Shown: positions 1-9,006 of the stretch, piece after piece
Position numbering within the stretch: the stretch's first letter is position 1
Layout of the letters: every line of letters starts with the position of its first letter
From: Flavobacteriales bacterium
GTDB taxonomy: Bacteria; Bacteroidota; Bacteroidia; Flavobacteriales_D; Crocinitomicaceae
Direction: 5' to 3'
NCBI GenBank assembly: GCA_947488235.1
Contig: CANLAQ010000004.1
Coordinates: 17,294 to 81,293 of the forward strand
Length of the DNA: 64,000 nucleotides
The notes under the pieces: generated by a model
Told to the model about the DNA's origin: nothing
The model's input: only the letters and a program-made list of their open reading frames with translations
Database searches by the model: none
Translations under genes and position numbers: made by a program

Positions 1-166
1 CTTCAGGAGCATTGTCAATCGAAGAGAAGTCTCTTACTTGAGCTAATCCCTTAGATGCTAATACACTTGAAATTGCAGCAGTCAACGTAGTCTTGCCGTG
101 GTCAACGTGTCCAATGGTACCAATGTTCACGTGCGGTTTGGAACGATCAAAATTTTCCTTAGCCAT
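1..166 (-). CDS. tuf: Elongation factor Tu, N-terminal fragment (gene continues past the left edge)
   Basis: Reverse-strand translation from the ATG at 166..164 gives [33 protein letters not shown]..., the EF-Tu P-loop N-terminus. It is absent from the ORF track because the window edge truncates it. Confidence 0.95.
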   Translation of the reverse strand, partial: MAKENFDRSKPHVNIGTIGHVDHGKTTLTAAISSVLASKGLAQVRDFSSIDNAPE

Positions 167-250
167 TTTTCTATTTGTTACTTGTTAATAAATACAACCT
201 ATAAAAGGATTACCTCGTGTAATCCATATCTTTTTTTTTCTTTTTATTCG

Positions 251-322
251 AGCCAATGACGAGAATTGAACTCGTGACCTCTTCCTTACCAAGGAAGCGC
301 TCTACCCCTGAGCTACACCGGC
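251..322 (-). tRNA. tRNA-Thr (anticodon GGT)
   Basis: The 72-nt reverse strand reads GCCGGTGTAGCTCAGGGGTAGAGCGCTTCCTTGGTAAGGAAGAGGTCACGAGTTCAATTCTCGTCATTGGCT. It folds as a cloverleaf with a 7-bp acceptor stem, a GCTC/GAGC D stem, a CTTCC/GGAAG anticodon stem with loop TTGGTAA, and a GTTCAATT T loop. No CCA is encoded. Confidence 0.93.
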
Positions 323-338
323 GCAGAAAGTAAAAGTG

Positions 339-411
339 AGCGGGAGACGAGACTCGAACTCGCGACGTTCAGCTTGGAAGGCTGAAGCTCTACCAACTGA
401 GCTACTCCCGC
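339..411 (-). tRNA. tRNA-Gly (anticodon TCC)
   Basis: The reverse strand reads GCGGGAGTAGCTCAGTTGGTAGAGC..TCAGC CTTCCAA GCTGA..GCGAGTTCGAGTCTCGTCTCCCGCT. It has a canonical acceptor stem, D stem and T loop, with anticodon loop CTTCCAA. Confidence 0.93.
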
Positions 412-426
412 TTATATACTTTTCTG

Positions 427-509
427 TGGGGAGAGCAGGATTCGAACCTGCGAAGGTATAAACCAACAGATTTACAGTCTGTCCTCGTTAGCCACTTGAG
501 TATCTCCCC
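427..509 (-). tRNA. tRNA-Tyr (anticodon GTA), long variable arm
   Basis: The 83-nt reverse strand reads GGGGAGATACTCAAGTGGCTAACGAGGACAGACTGTAAATCTGTTGGTTTATACCTTCGCAGGTTCGAATCCTGCTCTCCCCA. The anticodon loop is CTGTAAA, and the class II variable arm is typical of bacterial tRNA-Tyr. Confidence 0.92.
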
Positions 510-518
510 AATATCATG

Positions 519-592
519 AGCCGATGGAGGGATTCGAACCCCCGACATGCTGATTACAAATCAGCTGCTCTGGCCAACTGAGCTACATCGGC
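519..592 (-). tRNA. tRNA-Thr (anticodon TGT)
   Basis: The reverse strand reads GCCGATGTAGCTCAGTTGGCCAGAGCAGCTGATTTGTAATCAGCATGTCGGGGGTTCGAATCCCTCCATCGGCT. The anticodon stem is GCTGA/TCAGC with loop TTTGTAA. Confidence 0.93.
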
Positions 593-651
593 GAATGTTG
601 GTGCAATAAATTAAAGAACGAAAAAACGTTTTTTCCCCTATTTTTGGACTG

Positions 652-659
652 CAAATGTA
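652..659 (-). promoter_or_regulatory. Candidate Bacteroidota -7 promoter box (TAcaTTTG on the minus strand) for the tRNA-tuf transcription unit
   Basis: Plus-strand caaatgta is the reverse complement of TACATTTG. It matches the TAnnTTTG -7 consensus described for Bacteroides and Flavobacterium sigma-A promoters, and lies about 60 nt upstream of the first tRNA 5' end. Confidence 0.35.
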
Positions 660-740
660 CGAAAGTTTTTTTTATCTCAAAGTTTTTTAGAGATTTTTTT
701 AAAATTCTTTACGATATATTTTTCTTCAAGGACAATTAGC

Positions 741-748
741 TACTTTTG
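741..748 (+). promoter_or_regulatory. Candidate -7 promoter box TACTTTTG
   Basis: Matches TAnnTTTG and ends 11 nt before the ATG at 759. I saw no clear -33 TTG. Confidence 0.35.
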
Positions 749-758
749 ACCTATACAG

Positions 759-1874
759 ATGAAGCAAATAACGATAAGTGTAAGTAATGATTTGGCCACA
801 GACAATAGGGTGAATAGAACCTGTTCTGTTTTTATTTCTCAAGGCTACCGCGTCTTATTATTGGGTAGAAAACTTAAGGACAGTCTCCCGCTGCACGAAC
901 TTGATCATCAAACACATCGGATGAACTTGCTCTTTAATAAAGGTGTGTGTTTTTACTTAGAATTGAATTGTAGACTTTTTATAAAATTACTCTTCACAAA
1001 ATCTTCTCTATTATATGCAAATGACTTAGATACGCTTTTGCCTAACTATTTGATTTCGAAATTAAAGAGGATTCCTTTGATCTATGATACGCATGAATTA
1101 TTTACTGAAGTGCCTGAATTGCAAAATCACTCCATTAAAAAAGGTATTTGGTTAACATTAGAAAAATTTATATTTCCTAAACTTAAGCATGTGATAACTG
1201 TCAATGCATCTATCGCGTCAATTTATGAGCAAAAATATAAGGTGCCCATTCATATAGTTCGCAATGTGCCTTTCCAATTAGAACCTCAGATAAATGCAAC
1301 TCCATTATCAGTCAACATTAAACAAAATGTATTTACTGTTATTATTCAAGGTTCAGGATTAAATGTTGATCGTGGTATTGAAGAGGCAATTCTTGCAATG
1401 AAGGAACTTGAAAATATACAACTGCTTTTAGTTGGAAACGGGGACTTAATTCCTTCAGCAAAAATATTGGTGCAAGAAGCTGGTTTAACAGACAAAGTGT
1501 TATTTTTTGATAAGCGTCCCTATAAAGAACTGATGCAGTTTACTCTTTTGGCAGACTGTGGTCTTGCATTGGATAAGCCGACAAATCTCAATTATGAATA
1601 TGCATTACCCAATAAGGTTTTTGATTACATTCAAGCGAATACCCCCATCATTTGTGGTAACTTGAAGGAAATAAAATCAATTGTTGCTAAATACAATATT
1701 GGGATTTCACTTGAAGAGACCACGCCTAAATTAATTGCAGACGCCATTAGAACCTTACAAAATGATCCAACTCAATTGAATCTATATAAGGAAAACTGCA
1801 AGGAAGCTGCGCAAATTGAGCATTGGGAAAATGAGAAGGTGGTACTTGAAACATTAATTAAATCCTTAAACTAA
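759..1874 (+). CDS. Glycosyltransferase, GT4-like (GT-B fold)
   Basis: 371-aa ORF. The C-terminal half (GSGLNVDRGIEEAI..LLLVGNGD..ADCGLAL..E..LPNKVFDYIQANTPII) resembles the retaining GT4 nucleotide-sugar binding domain. Confidence 0.7.
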   Translation: MKQITISVSNDLATDNRVNRTCSVFISQGYRVLLLGRKLKDSLPLHELDHQTHRMNLLFNKGVCFYLELNCRLFIKLLFTKSSLLYANDLDTLLPNYLISKLKRIPLIYDTHELFTEVPELQNHSIKKGIWLTLEKFIFPKLKHVITVNASIASIYEQKYKVPIHIVRNVPFQLEPQINATPLSVNIKQNVFTVIIQGSGLNVDRGIEEAILAMKELENIQLLLVGNGDLIPSAKILVQEAGLTDKVLFFDKRPYKELMQFTLLADCGLALDKPTNLNYEYALPNKVFDYIQANTPIICGNLKEIKSIVAKYNIGISLEETTPKLIADAIRTLQNDPTQLNLYKENCKEAAQIEHWENEKVVLETLIKSLN

Positions 1875-2774
1875 AGCTTTAGCCTTAAAAGATTTTGAGA
1901 TTCGTTGCAATTTATAGGCGTCGAACATCAACAGGAAAAAATACCCTTTTTTTAAAAGGAAATTATTCATTCCAGAAACTAAAAAATAGCAAGCATTAAA
2001 TAAAGGAAGTAGCTTTTTTTTCTTTAAGGTATGATAGGCGGATAATAGTCTAACATGAGCCACAAACTCGGGTGATTTTTCTATATCTAGATTGATCGTC
2101 ACCAAATTATCTATTGCATTATTAGTTTTTACTAAGAATTCAAGATTTTCATCTAAGACCTCATTCAGAACTGGATTGTCAATCTGTAATGGTAAGAAGC
2201 CTTTTTGAAATAATTGAAAACCAAATAAAGTATCTTCATGACCATAACCTTTAATATTTTCATTAAAGGGGTATTGATTAAAAACCTCGATATCAATCAA
2301 AAAATTATTTGTTTTAAATCCAAAGGAATTTTTCAATCTAAAATCAATTGACTTACTTTCACGAGAAATGGAATACTTCCACCTCAGCATAAAATTTCGA
2401 GAGGGCCGCATTTCTTGATAGCAAGATCCTCCGAATGCTAAAGAAGGATTCTTCTGCTCTATTAAATCAATATAAGTTGAAATAAAATTGGGGCGACAAA
2501 TGATTGAATCTCCATCTAAGAATAAGAAATGTCCCTTTGTTTTTAAACTAAGGAAATAATTCCTAATGGCAGATCTTCCTTTATTATTAGGTAAAGAAAT
2601 ATAAGTAATTTGATCTTTATCCTTGCAGAATTCACTGTTAATTTGCTTGAAATGATTGCTGGAGCAATCGTCTACAATCAATAATTCTACAGGAAAATTC
2701 TTTGACTGTATTAAAAGTTCATTTGCCAAGCGAGTGACATCCGTATTGTAAACGGGAAGACAGATGTACAGCAT
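1866..2774 (-). CDS. Glycosyltransferase family 2
   Basis: 302-aa ORF with N-terminal ICLPVYN..LLIVDDCSS and the DxD-type motif FLFLDGDS, typical of GT2 (GT-A fold). Its 3' end overlaps the convergent GT4 gene by 9 bp. Confidence 0.75.
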   Translation of the reverse strand: MLYICLPVYNTDVTRLANELLIQSKNFPVELLIVDDCSSNHFKQINSEFCKDKDQITYISLPNNKGRSAIRNYFLSLKTKGHFLFLDGDSIICRPNFISTYIDLIEQKNPSLAFGGSCYQEMRPSRNFMLRWKYSISRESKSIDFRLKNSFGFKTNNFLIDIEVFNQYPFNENIKGYGHEDTLFGFQLFQKGFLPLQIDNPVLNEVLDENLEFLVKTNNAIDNLVTINLDIEKSPEFVAHVRLLSAYHTLKKKKLLPLFNACYFLVSGMNNFLLKKGYFFLLMFDAYKLQRISKSFKAKALV

Positions 2775-2794
2775 ATTAATTTGAGAAGGACAAA

Positions 2795-3100
2795 TTAAGC
2801 CATCGTATTTGGTGTCCCAAAATTCATTGGAGGCATCCCGGTTACGGGCTCATCTAAAGCACCAAATTGTTGCTCATATTTTGCAATGTTATCAGACAAT
2901 GCCTGCATAAATCTTTTGGCATTTTGCGGTGTCATTAATACCCTTGACCTTACTTTTCCTTTGGGCATTCCAGGCATTAGTTGAATGAAATCACAAACCA
3001 CCTCAGCAGGCGAATGTGTAATTACCGCTAAATTTGAATAAACCCCTAAAGCAATATCTTCAGAGAGTTCAATATTCATTTGATTTTCTTCGTTTTCCAT
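2795..3100 (-). CDS. DUF3467 family protein
   Basis: 101-aa ORF. The segment IELSEDIALGVYSNLAVITHSPAEVVCDFIQLMPGMPKGKVRSRVLMTPQNAKRF matches my recollection of the DUF3467 core. Confidence 0.6.
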   Translation of the reverse strand: MENEENQMNIELSEDIALGVYSNLAVITHSPAEVVCDFIQLMPGMPKGKVRSRVLMTPQNAKRFMQALSDNIAKYEQQFGALDEPVTGMPPMNFGTPNTMA

Positions 3101-3121
3101 AATTTCCTTAATAATGCTAAT

Positions 3122-4459
3122 TTACAAATCATTTTCCACTTCGTGAAATAGAATTCCAAAGGATTTAAGTTCTTCCATTATAGGATTGTATACTTCTGGT
3201 TGAATAGGTATATGGACCCCTGGAGTATTGAATTTTTCTTGTAAGATTAATTTTGCCATTATTGCCACAGGCAAACCAACCGTATTAGCCATAGAAGTGT
3301 ACATAGGGTCCTCCCCTATATTTACCATAGAGGCAATCACCTTTTTCTTTTTGTTCTCGATTGAATATTCAAATTCATGATACATCACGATCATATCCTT
3401 ATCATTGGGAGATAAGACTAATTTTTTTATTAAAAACTCTTCCAATAATTTTGCAGGTGAGGCATTTTCTAATCCTATAAATTCCTCATTATTAAATATC
3501 CCTAACCAATTGAATTGATCGAATAATTGAGTTCTTTCAGGACCTAAAAATTCTTTAAATTTCTCTTCCACTGATTTACTTGGATAATAAGGAAGAAATG
3601 AATTAATAAATCGTCGAGGTGTCATTAAATTGGAATCGCTTAATTTGTAGGAATCATCAGTCATTCCTAGTTCAATAAAAACATTCCAACCTTGGCAAAA
3701 ATCTGGGCGTCTAAGTGTTCCTCTATATAAAGTTGGGATGTCTAATAAACCATAGGTTTTTCTATAGGCAAATGAATCTCTATTGGCATAACCATCAAAT
3801 TCACCATAGGTAGAAATCTCAAAGCGCTCTGTTCGTTTAAAGAGCTGAGAATAGGGGATGTATTTATTCTCATTATTTTGAATGAATGCAGCCGCACCGC
3901 CTTGTCCAGCCAACACAACATTGCGTGGGTTCCAAGTAAATTTAAAATGCCATGGATTATCATCACTTCCTGGAGCCATAAGACCACCACAAAAAGATTT
4001 AAAGCTATCCATTCTTCCACCTTTCGCCTGAATATCATGGATAATTTGCATAGCACTCATGTGATCAATTCCAGGATCGACTCCAATCTCATTCATGATG
4101 ACAATACCTGCTTTAACTGCTTGATCTGCTAACTCCTTCATTTCAGGCGAGACATAAGAAGGCGTAATCAAATGCGTTTTAAGTTCAATACAATCAACTG
4201 CCACTTCAGCATGAAATCTAGCGGGAAGCATAGAAATAACGAGATCTGCGTGACCTATCATTGGCTTGCGCTCAGCAGGATCGAGCGCATTAAAACTAAG
4301 CGCTGCAGCTCTGGGGTTATCGCCTATTTTTCTCTGAACTAAGGATAAATCTTGATCTACTACATTTATAAACCAATCTTCTTGTTCAGCATGGTCCAAT
4401 AGATAGCGAATCAATGAGGAAGAAGACAAACCTGCACCTAAAATTAAAATAATTTTCAT
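3122..4459 (-). CDS. Saccharopine dehydrogenase family protein (LYS9-like, NADP-dependent)
   Basis: 445-aa ORF with an N-terminal Rossmann motif ILILGAGLSS. The length and the segments EIGVDPGIDHM and NPWHFKFTWNPRNV are typical of saccharopine reductase/dehydrogenase. Confidence 0.8.
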   Translation of the reverse strand: MKIILILGAGLSSSSLIRYLLDHAEQEDWFINVVDQDLSLVQRKIGDNPRAAALSFNALDPAERKPMIGHADLVISMLPARFHAEVAVDCIELKTHLITPSYVSPEMKELADQAVKAGIVIMNEIGVDPGIDHMSAMQIIHDIQAKGGRMDSFKSFCGGLMAPGSDDNPWHFKFTWNPRNVVLAGQGGAAAFIQNNENKYIPYSQLFKRTERFEISTYGEFDGYANRDSFAYRKTYGLLDIPTLYRGTLRRPDFCQGWNVFIELGMTDDSYKLSDSNLMTPRRFINSFLPYYPSKSVEEKFKEFLGPERTQLFDQFNWLGIFNNEEFIGLENASPAKLLEEFLIKKLVLSPNDKDMIVMYHEFEYSIENKKKKVIASMVNIGEDPMYTSMANTVGLPVAIMAKLILQEKFNTPGVHIPIQPEVYNPIMEELKSFGILFHEVENDL

Positions 4460-4471
4460 CTTGTAATAATT

Positions 4472-4882
4472 TTAAGCTTCTAAAGATTCTATTATGGGTT
4501 GTATGGCTTGAAACAGGACTTCTTCATTCCAAGGCTTTGCAATAAAACTATCTAACATTTCTTCCTGCAATAATTCTTCTACAGAAATTGGATTCGCTTG
4601 TCCTGAAAGCATTATGCATTTAAGTTTTGGATGTTTCGACTTTATGGCACGGATTAATTGAGCTCCAGTCATTTCCGGCATTTGATAATCTACTATAATA
4701 AATATGATATCAATCTTTTCTTCTACAAGTGCATCTATGTTGAGAAAGGCTTCAGAAGGATCCGTGAAATATTCAATAAGGGTATGCTTTTGATTAACAA
4801 CTTTAGTCAGTTGAAAGGCAAGCATTTGTAGAATAAACGGGTCGTCATCGACACAAACAACAGCATATTTTATAGAATCCAT
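4472..4882 (-). CDS. Stand-alone response regulator receiver protein (no output domain)
   Basis: 136-aa ORF with acidic pocket VCVDDD, phospho-acceptor context IIVDYQMPEMTG and a conserved K (IAKPW). Confidence 0.85.
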   Translation of the reverse strand: MDSIKYAVVCVDDDPFILQMLAFQLTKVVNQKHTLIEYFTDPSEAFLNIDALVEEKIDIIFIIVDYQMPEMTGAQLIRAIKSKHPKLKCIMLSGQANPISVEELLQEEMLDSFIAKPWNEEVLFQAIQPIIESLEA

Positions 4883-4942
4883 GGCGCAAATTTAATTAAT
4901 TAAATAAGGGAAGAATCACGCATTTAATTTTGTTTTAACTAC

Positions 4943-6769
4943 CTATCGTGTAAAAGTCAATTGAAAAACAGTTTTTTCTTTATCAGAGCTAAGTGAAATG
5001 GAGGCATTATGTTCTTTAAGAACACTTTTTACAATGCTCAAGCCCAATCCAGAACCGTTCTTTTTTGCTTTAGTGGTGTAAAATTTATCAAAAATATGCT
5101 TCTGAGTCTCTTCTGGAATATGTGGGCCATTGTTCTCAAAATAAATGCAGATTGCACCTTGCCGCTCTTCACTATATATTTTCAAGACTCCTTTAGTTTC
5201 TGTTTCTTCGATAGACTCTATTGCATTCTTTAATAAATTAGACCACAATTGAAATAATTTAATTTCTAAGCCAATAATTTCTAAAGATGGATCCACATCA
5301 AAATAAACTTCCACATTTTTCCTTAAGGCGAAATTAAATATGTTGAGGACCGAAGCAATGTTATTATGTAAAACAACAACAGACTTTTCATCATTTCGAT
5401 GATCCTTACTGAATGCACTTAGATCACTAACTACTTTTGCTGCTCTTTCGCTTGCGCTAAGAATAGTGGTTAAAAAACTTTTAATCGTATGTAAATTAAA
5501 AATCAAGGAGAGAAACGCAATGGGATTACTTGAGCTAATAATCGATTGAATTAAATCAGTATCCGAAATGTTTATGTTTGACTTAACCAACATACTGGCG
5601 ATTTGATTTCGATCAGAAGATACAATGCCTGGAAAATAATCCAGTAAATATTTTTCGAATTCTTTAATTTCTCTTCTTTGTTGAAGACCGCCAACATACA
5701 ATACTCGATTTGTGGTCTCTGCTAATTCGCAAGCTTTTATGATTTGATCTTGACTGCATTCTGAAATTGTGCTCTTTAATAAATTTTCAAACGAATACTT
5801 TACACTTTCAGCGCCTATTTTAATGGCTCCAATTGGGGTATTTAAATCATGTGCGACACCTGAAGACAATTCACCAATGGTAACCAATTTTTCTTGATCA
5901 GATATGGACTTAGCTAAGTCTAAGTTTCGTTGTGTTTTTTCAATTACAATTTCTTCCAAATCTAAATTGATCATTTCAATTTCTTTTTTAGCGATGGATA
6001 ATTTTTCCTCTATTAATTTTCGAGAGCTGATATCCATTCCATAACCAATGACAAAATTTACCTTTCCATTCTCATCAAAAACAGGACCCATTTTCCGAAG
6101 AATTACTTTTCGATTTCCTTCAGCATCTTTAATTTCTTCCTCCCATTCAATTTCCTCTTTTGATTGCATAACCTTATCAAATAGTGCTCTTCTTTTTTCC
6201 GCGACGGTTGTTGGCAAGCCTTTAAATTCGCAATAATCAAAGTCATCTTTGCCAATAATGAACTTGCGGATTTTATCGTCTTTTATGCCTTGCGGATTAA
6301 CGAAAAGATATCGATGATCTGCACTAAAAACTGCAATATCAGATGGTATGCTATTTAATATATATTCAAAAAAAGCACTTTGACTTTCCAATTTTTTATT
6401 CAGTGCATTTAAATCGTCAATAGAATCTTTTTTTTCTGTAGGGTGCGCCTCTGGGTAGGCTAACAAAGTAAATCCAAAGTCAGTGACTTTGAGACTAAGT
6501 TTAAAGTTTTGATTTAAATAGCTGCACCCAAAAAACTTCAGCTCCTTATTATTTGAATCCAAACAGTTGGGAAGATCCTTTTTGATGTCAAAATCAAAAA
6601 CTAAAGAAATCGATTTTCCTATTAAGGAAATGGGTTGCTCCGCTAATACATCACTGACATGAATAATGGTGCCGTCTGATTTAAGTAAGGCACAATATGC
6701 ATGCGAAAATCTGAGAGATTCGAAGACTAAATCTAAGGATAAAGCGGAAATGTTATTTTGCATATTCAA
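4943..6769 (-). CDS. PAS-domain sensor histidine kinase
   Basis: 608-aa ORF with H-box SSGVAHDLNTPIG and an HATPase region with N-box and G-boxes (NLLKNAIES..ENNGPHIP..GSGLGLSIV). A PAS-like segment lies upstream. No obvious TM helices, so it is probably cytoplasmic. Confidence 0.85.
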   Translation of the reverse strand: MNMQNNISALSLDLVFESLRFSHAYCALLKSDGTIIHVSDVLAEQPISLIGKSISLVFDFDIKKDLPNCLDSNNKELKFFGCSYLNQNFKLSLKVTDFGFTLLAYPEAHPTEKKDSIDDLNALNKKLESQSAFFEYILNSIPSDIAVFSADHRYLFVNPQGIKDDKIRKFIIGKDDFDYCEFKGLPTTVAEKRRALFDKVMQSKEEIEWEEEIKDAEGNRKVILRKMGPVFDENGKVNFVIGYGMDISSRKLIEEKLSIAKKEIEMINLDLEEIVIEKTQRNLDLAKSISDQEKLVTIGELSSGVAHDLNTPIGAIKIGAESVKYSFENLLKSTISECSQDQIIKACELAETTNRVLYVGGLQQRREIKEFEKYLLDYFPGIVSSDRNQIASMLVKSNINISDTDLIQSIISSSNPIAFLSLIFNLHTIKSFLTTILSASERAAKVVSDLSAFSKDHRNDEKSVVVLHNNIASVLNIFNFALRKNVEVYFDVDPSLEIIGLEIKLFQLWSNLLKNAIESIEETETKGVLKIYSEERQGAICIYFENNGPHIPEETQKHIFDKFYTTKAKKNGSGLGLSIVKSVLKEHNASISLSSDKEKTVFQLTFTR

Positions 6770-6824
6770 TAATTAATAATATTCCCTTAAATTCAATTGA
6801 TGTTTTTAAACGAAATAACCATAA

Positions 6825-6832
6825 CAAATTTA
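6825..6832 (-). promoter_or_regulatory. Candidate -7 box (TAAATTTG on the minus strand) upstream of the histidine kinase operon
   Basis: Plus-strand caaattta is the reverse complement of TAAATTTG and matches TAnnTTTG. It lies about 56 nt upstream of the ATG at 6769. Confidence 0.3.
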
Positions 6833-6889
6833 ATAAAAAATTGTACCCTCAAACTTTCTTATTATTTAATTAATTTAAAGAAGATTAAC

Positions 6890-6897
6890 TACTTTTG
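6890..6897 (+). promoter_or_regulatory. Candidate -7 box TACTTTTG
   Basis: Matches TAnnTTTG and lies 21 nt upstream of the ATG at 6918. Confidence 0.4.
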
Positions 6898-6917
6898 CAC
6901 AAATAATTTTATACAAA

Positions 6918-7901
6918 ATGGAATATAATAATCTAGGTAAAACAGGGCTTCAAATTAGTCGTTTGTCACTCGGGTCATGGTTGACTTTTGGAAAACAAAT
7001 CGAATCTTCCACGGCAGAAGATTTAATGGTCTTAGCCTACGAAAATGGAATCAACTTTTTTGACAACGCAGAGATTTATTCTAGAGGAATGAGTGAAATT
7101 GTCATGGGAGAAATATTAAAGAAACAAGCATGGTCTCGCGATAGTTTTATTGTTAGCAGCAAAGTTTTCTTTGGTAATGGTGGACAATTACCAACACAAA
7201 AAGGATTGAATAGAAAGCATGTTTTCGAAGCGTGCGACCAAGCATTAAAAAGATTACAAGTAGATTATTTAGATTTATATCTTTGTCACAGACCAGACAA
7301 AAACACTCCAATCGAGGAAACGGTTTGGGCAATGCACCATTTAATTGCTCAAGGAAAAATATTATACTGGGGAACCAGTGAATGGAGTGCTCAAGAGATT
7401 ATGGAGGCTCACCTTTTTGCCAAACAAAATCATTTGATTGGTCCTGTTGTCGAACAACCAGAATACAATATGTTTACGCGAGCCAAGGTAGAAGTTGAGT
7501 TTGATCAATTGTACAAAACTGTTGGTTTAGGAACAACTGTTTGGTCTCCATTAGCAAGTGGTATTTTGACAGGAAAATACAATAACGGATTCCCAAAAGA
7601 AACTAGATTAGGACTTGATGGTTTAGAATGGTTAAAGGATAAAAATCTTACGGAGGATAGGATAGAGAAAGTTAAAGAGCTTTCTGTTTTAGCGGGAGAT
7701 TTAGGGATTTCATTACCTGTATTAGGATTATCATGGTGTCTCTCTAATAAGAATGTCAGCACAGTTATTCTTGGCGCAAGTAAAGTAGAACAGCTTAAAG
7801 AAAATCTTAAAGCAATTGATGCGCAACATTTACTAACTCCAGAAATATTGCTGAATGTTGATGCTATATTAGAAAATGTTCCTCCAAGAGCAGATTATTA
7901 A
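6918..7901 (+). CDS. Aldo/keto reductase (Kv-beta-subunit-like subgroup)
   Basis: 327-aa ORF with NFFDNAEIY, LDYLDLYLCHRPD and YWGTSEW, hallmarks of the AKR6/Kv-beta-like family. Confidence 0.85.
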   Translation: MEYNNLGKTGLQISRLSLGSWLTFGKQIESSTAEDLMVLAYENGINFFDNAEIYSRGMSEIVMGEILKKQAWSRDSFIVSSKVFFGNGGQLPTQKGLNRKHVFEACDQALKRLQVDYLDLYLCHRPDKNTPIEETVWAMHHLIAQGKILYWGTSEWSAQEIMEAHLFAKQNHLIGPVVEQPEYNMFTRAKVEVEFDQLYKTVGLGTTVWSPLASGILTGKYNNGFPKETRLGLDGLEWLKDKNLTEDRIEKVKELSVLAGDLGISLPVLGLSWCLSNKNVSTVILGASKVEQLKENLKAIDAQHLLTPEILLNVDAILENVPPRADY

Positions 7902-7957
7902 ATTAAAAATTGAACATCAATTCAATTGAAGTGTTCCAATAAGTTAAAAATAGAAAA

Positions 7958-8965
7958 ATGATTGAAACAGATATAATAATTATAGGCGCTGGTCCAGTAG
8001 GTTTATTTACTGTATTTGAAGCAGGACTTTTAAAATTAAAATGTCATTTAATTGATTCTTTACCGGAACCAGGAGGGCAATGTTCAGAGATATATCCAAA
8101 AAAACCAATTTATGATATCCCCGGATTTCCGACAATATTAGCGGGTGAATTGATAGATAATTTAATGAAACAAGCGGAACCCTTTAAACCTGGATTTACA
8201 CTAGGCGAAGCAGCAATGAAAATTGATAAAGAGGGTAATGATTTTATTGTGACTACTGTAAAAGGAACCCAACACAAAGCTCCAATTGTTATGATTGCTG
8301 GTGGACTAGGCGTTTTTGAACCACGCAAACCACCTATTGATACCCTTACATCTTTTGAAGATAAGGGAGTTGAATATATCATAAAAGACCCGAATTTTTA
8401 CAAAGGAAAAAGATGTGTAATAGCAGGTGGAGGAGATTCGGCATTAGATTGGTCTATCTTTTTAGTAGAGCAAAAAATCGCATCGAAAGTAACTTTAGTA
8501 CATCGAAATAGTTCTTTCAGAGGACATCTTGATTCTGTACAAAAAGTAATTGATCTGGCTGAAAAAGGTGAGATTGAATTAATAACTGAAGCAGAAGTTA
8601 CAGGATTACAAGGTGGTGATCACTTGGAAAATGTAATTGTAAGCCATCAAAAAGACGGCGAAATTACGATCAAGGCAGATCATTTTATCCCTCTATTTGG
8701 ATTGAAACCAAGTTTGGGTCCCATTGCAGATTGGGGTTTAGAAATTGAAAAGAATGCCATTAAGGTAACAACTTTAGATTATTCTACAAATATCCCAGGT
8801 ATCTATGCCATTGGAGATGTTAATACTTACGAGAATAAATTAAAACTAATTTTATGTGGGTTCCATGAAGGAACATTAGCGGTACAATCAGCATTTGCAA
8901 GAATTTTCCCAGATAAAAAAAATATACTCAAGTATACAACGGTAAATGGTGTACAAGGATTTTAG
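7958..8965 (+). CDS. Ferredoxin-NADP(+) reductase, thioredoxin-reductase-like type
   Basis: 335-aa ORF with FAD motif IIIGAGPVGLF, an NADP-site GGGDSALDW, and no CxxC redox pair, consistent with TrxR-like FNR. Confidence 0.75.
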   Translation: MIETDIIIIGAGPVGLFTVFEAGLLKLKCHLIDSLPEPGGQCSEIYPKKPIYDIPGFPTILAGELIDNLMKQAEPFKPGFTLGEAAMKIDKEGNDFIVTTVKGTQHKAPIVMIAGGLGVFEPRKPPIDTLTSFEDKGVEYIIKDPNFYKGKRCVIAGGGDSALDWSIFLVEQKIASKVTLVHRNSSFRGHLDSVQKVIDLAEKGEIELITEAEVTGLQGGDHLENVIVSHQKDGEITIKADHFIPLFGLKPSLGPIADWGLEIEKNAIKVTTLDYSTNIPGIYAIGDVNTYENKLKLILCGFHEGTLAVQSAFARIFPDKKNILKYTTVNGVQGF

Positions 8966-9006
8966 CATTCGCTAACTTTTCAGCTTATATTTGGTAGCTT
9001 AGCCAT

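Noticed and set aside
3742-4132. ORFs 3742..4056 (minus, alternative frame) and 3878..4132 (plus) within the saccharopine dehydrogenase gene
   Set aside because: They are nested in a conserved enzyme gene, and their composition is atypical of real proteins (Trp/Cys/His-rich random-looking sequence).
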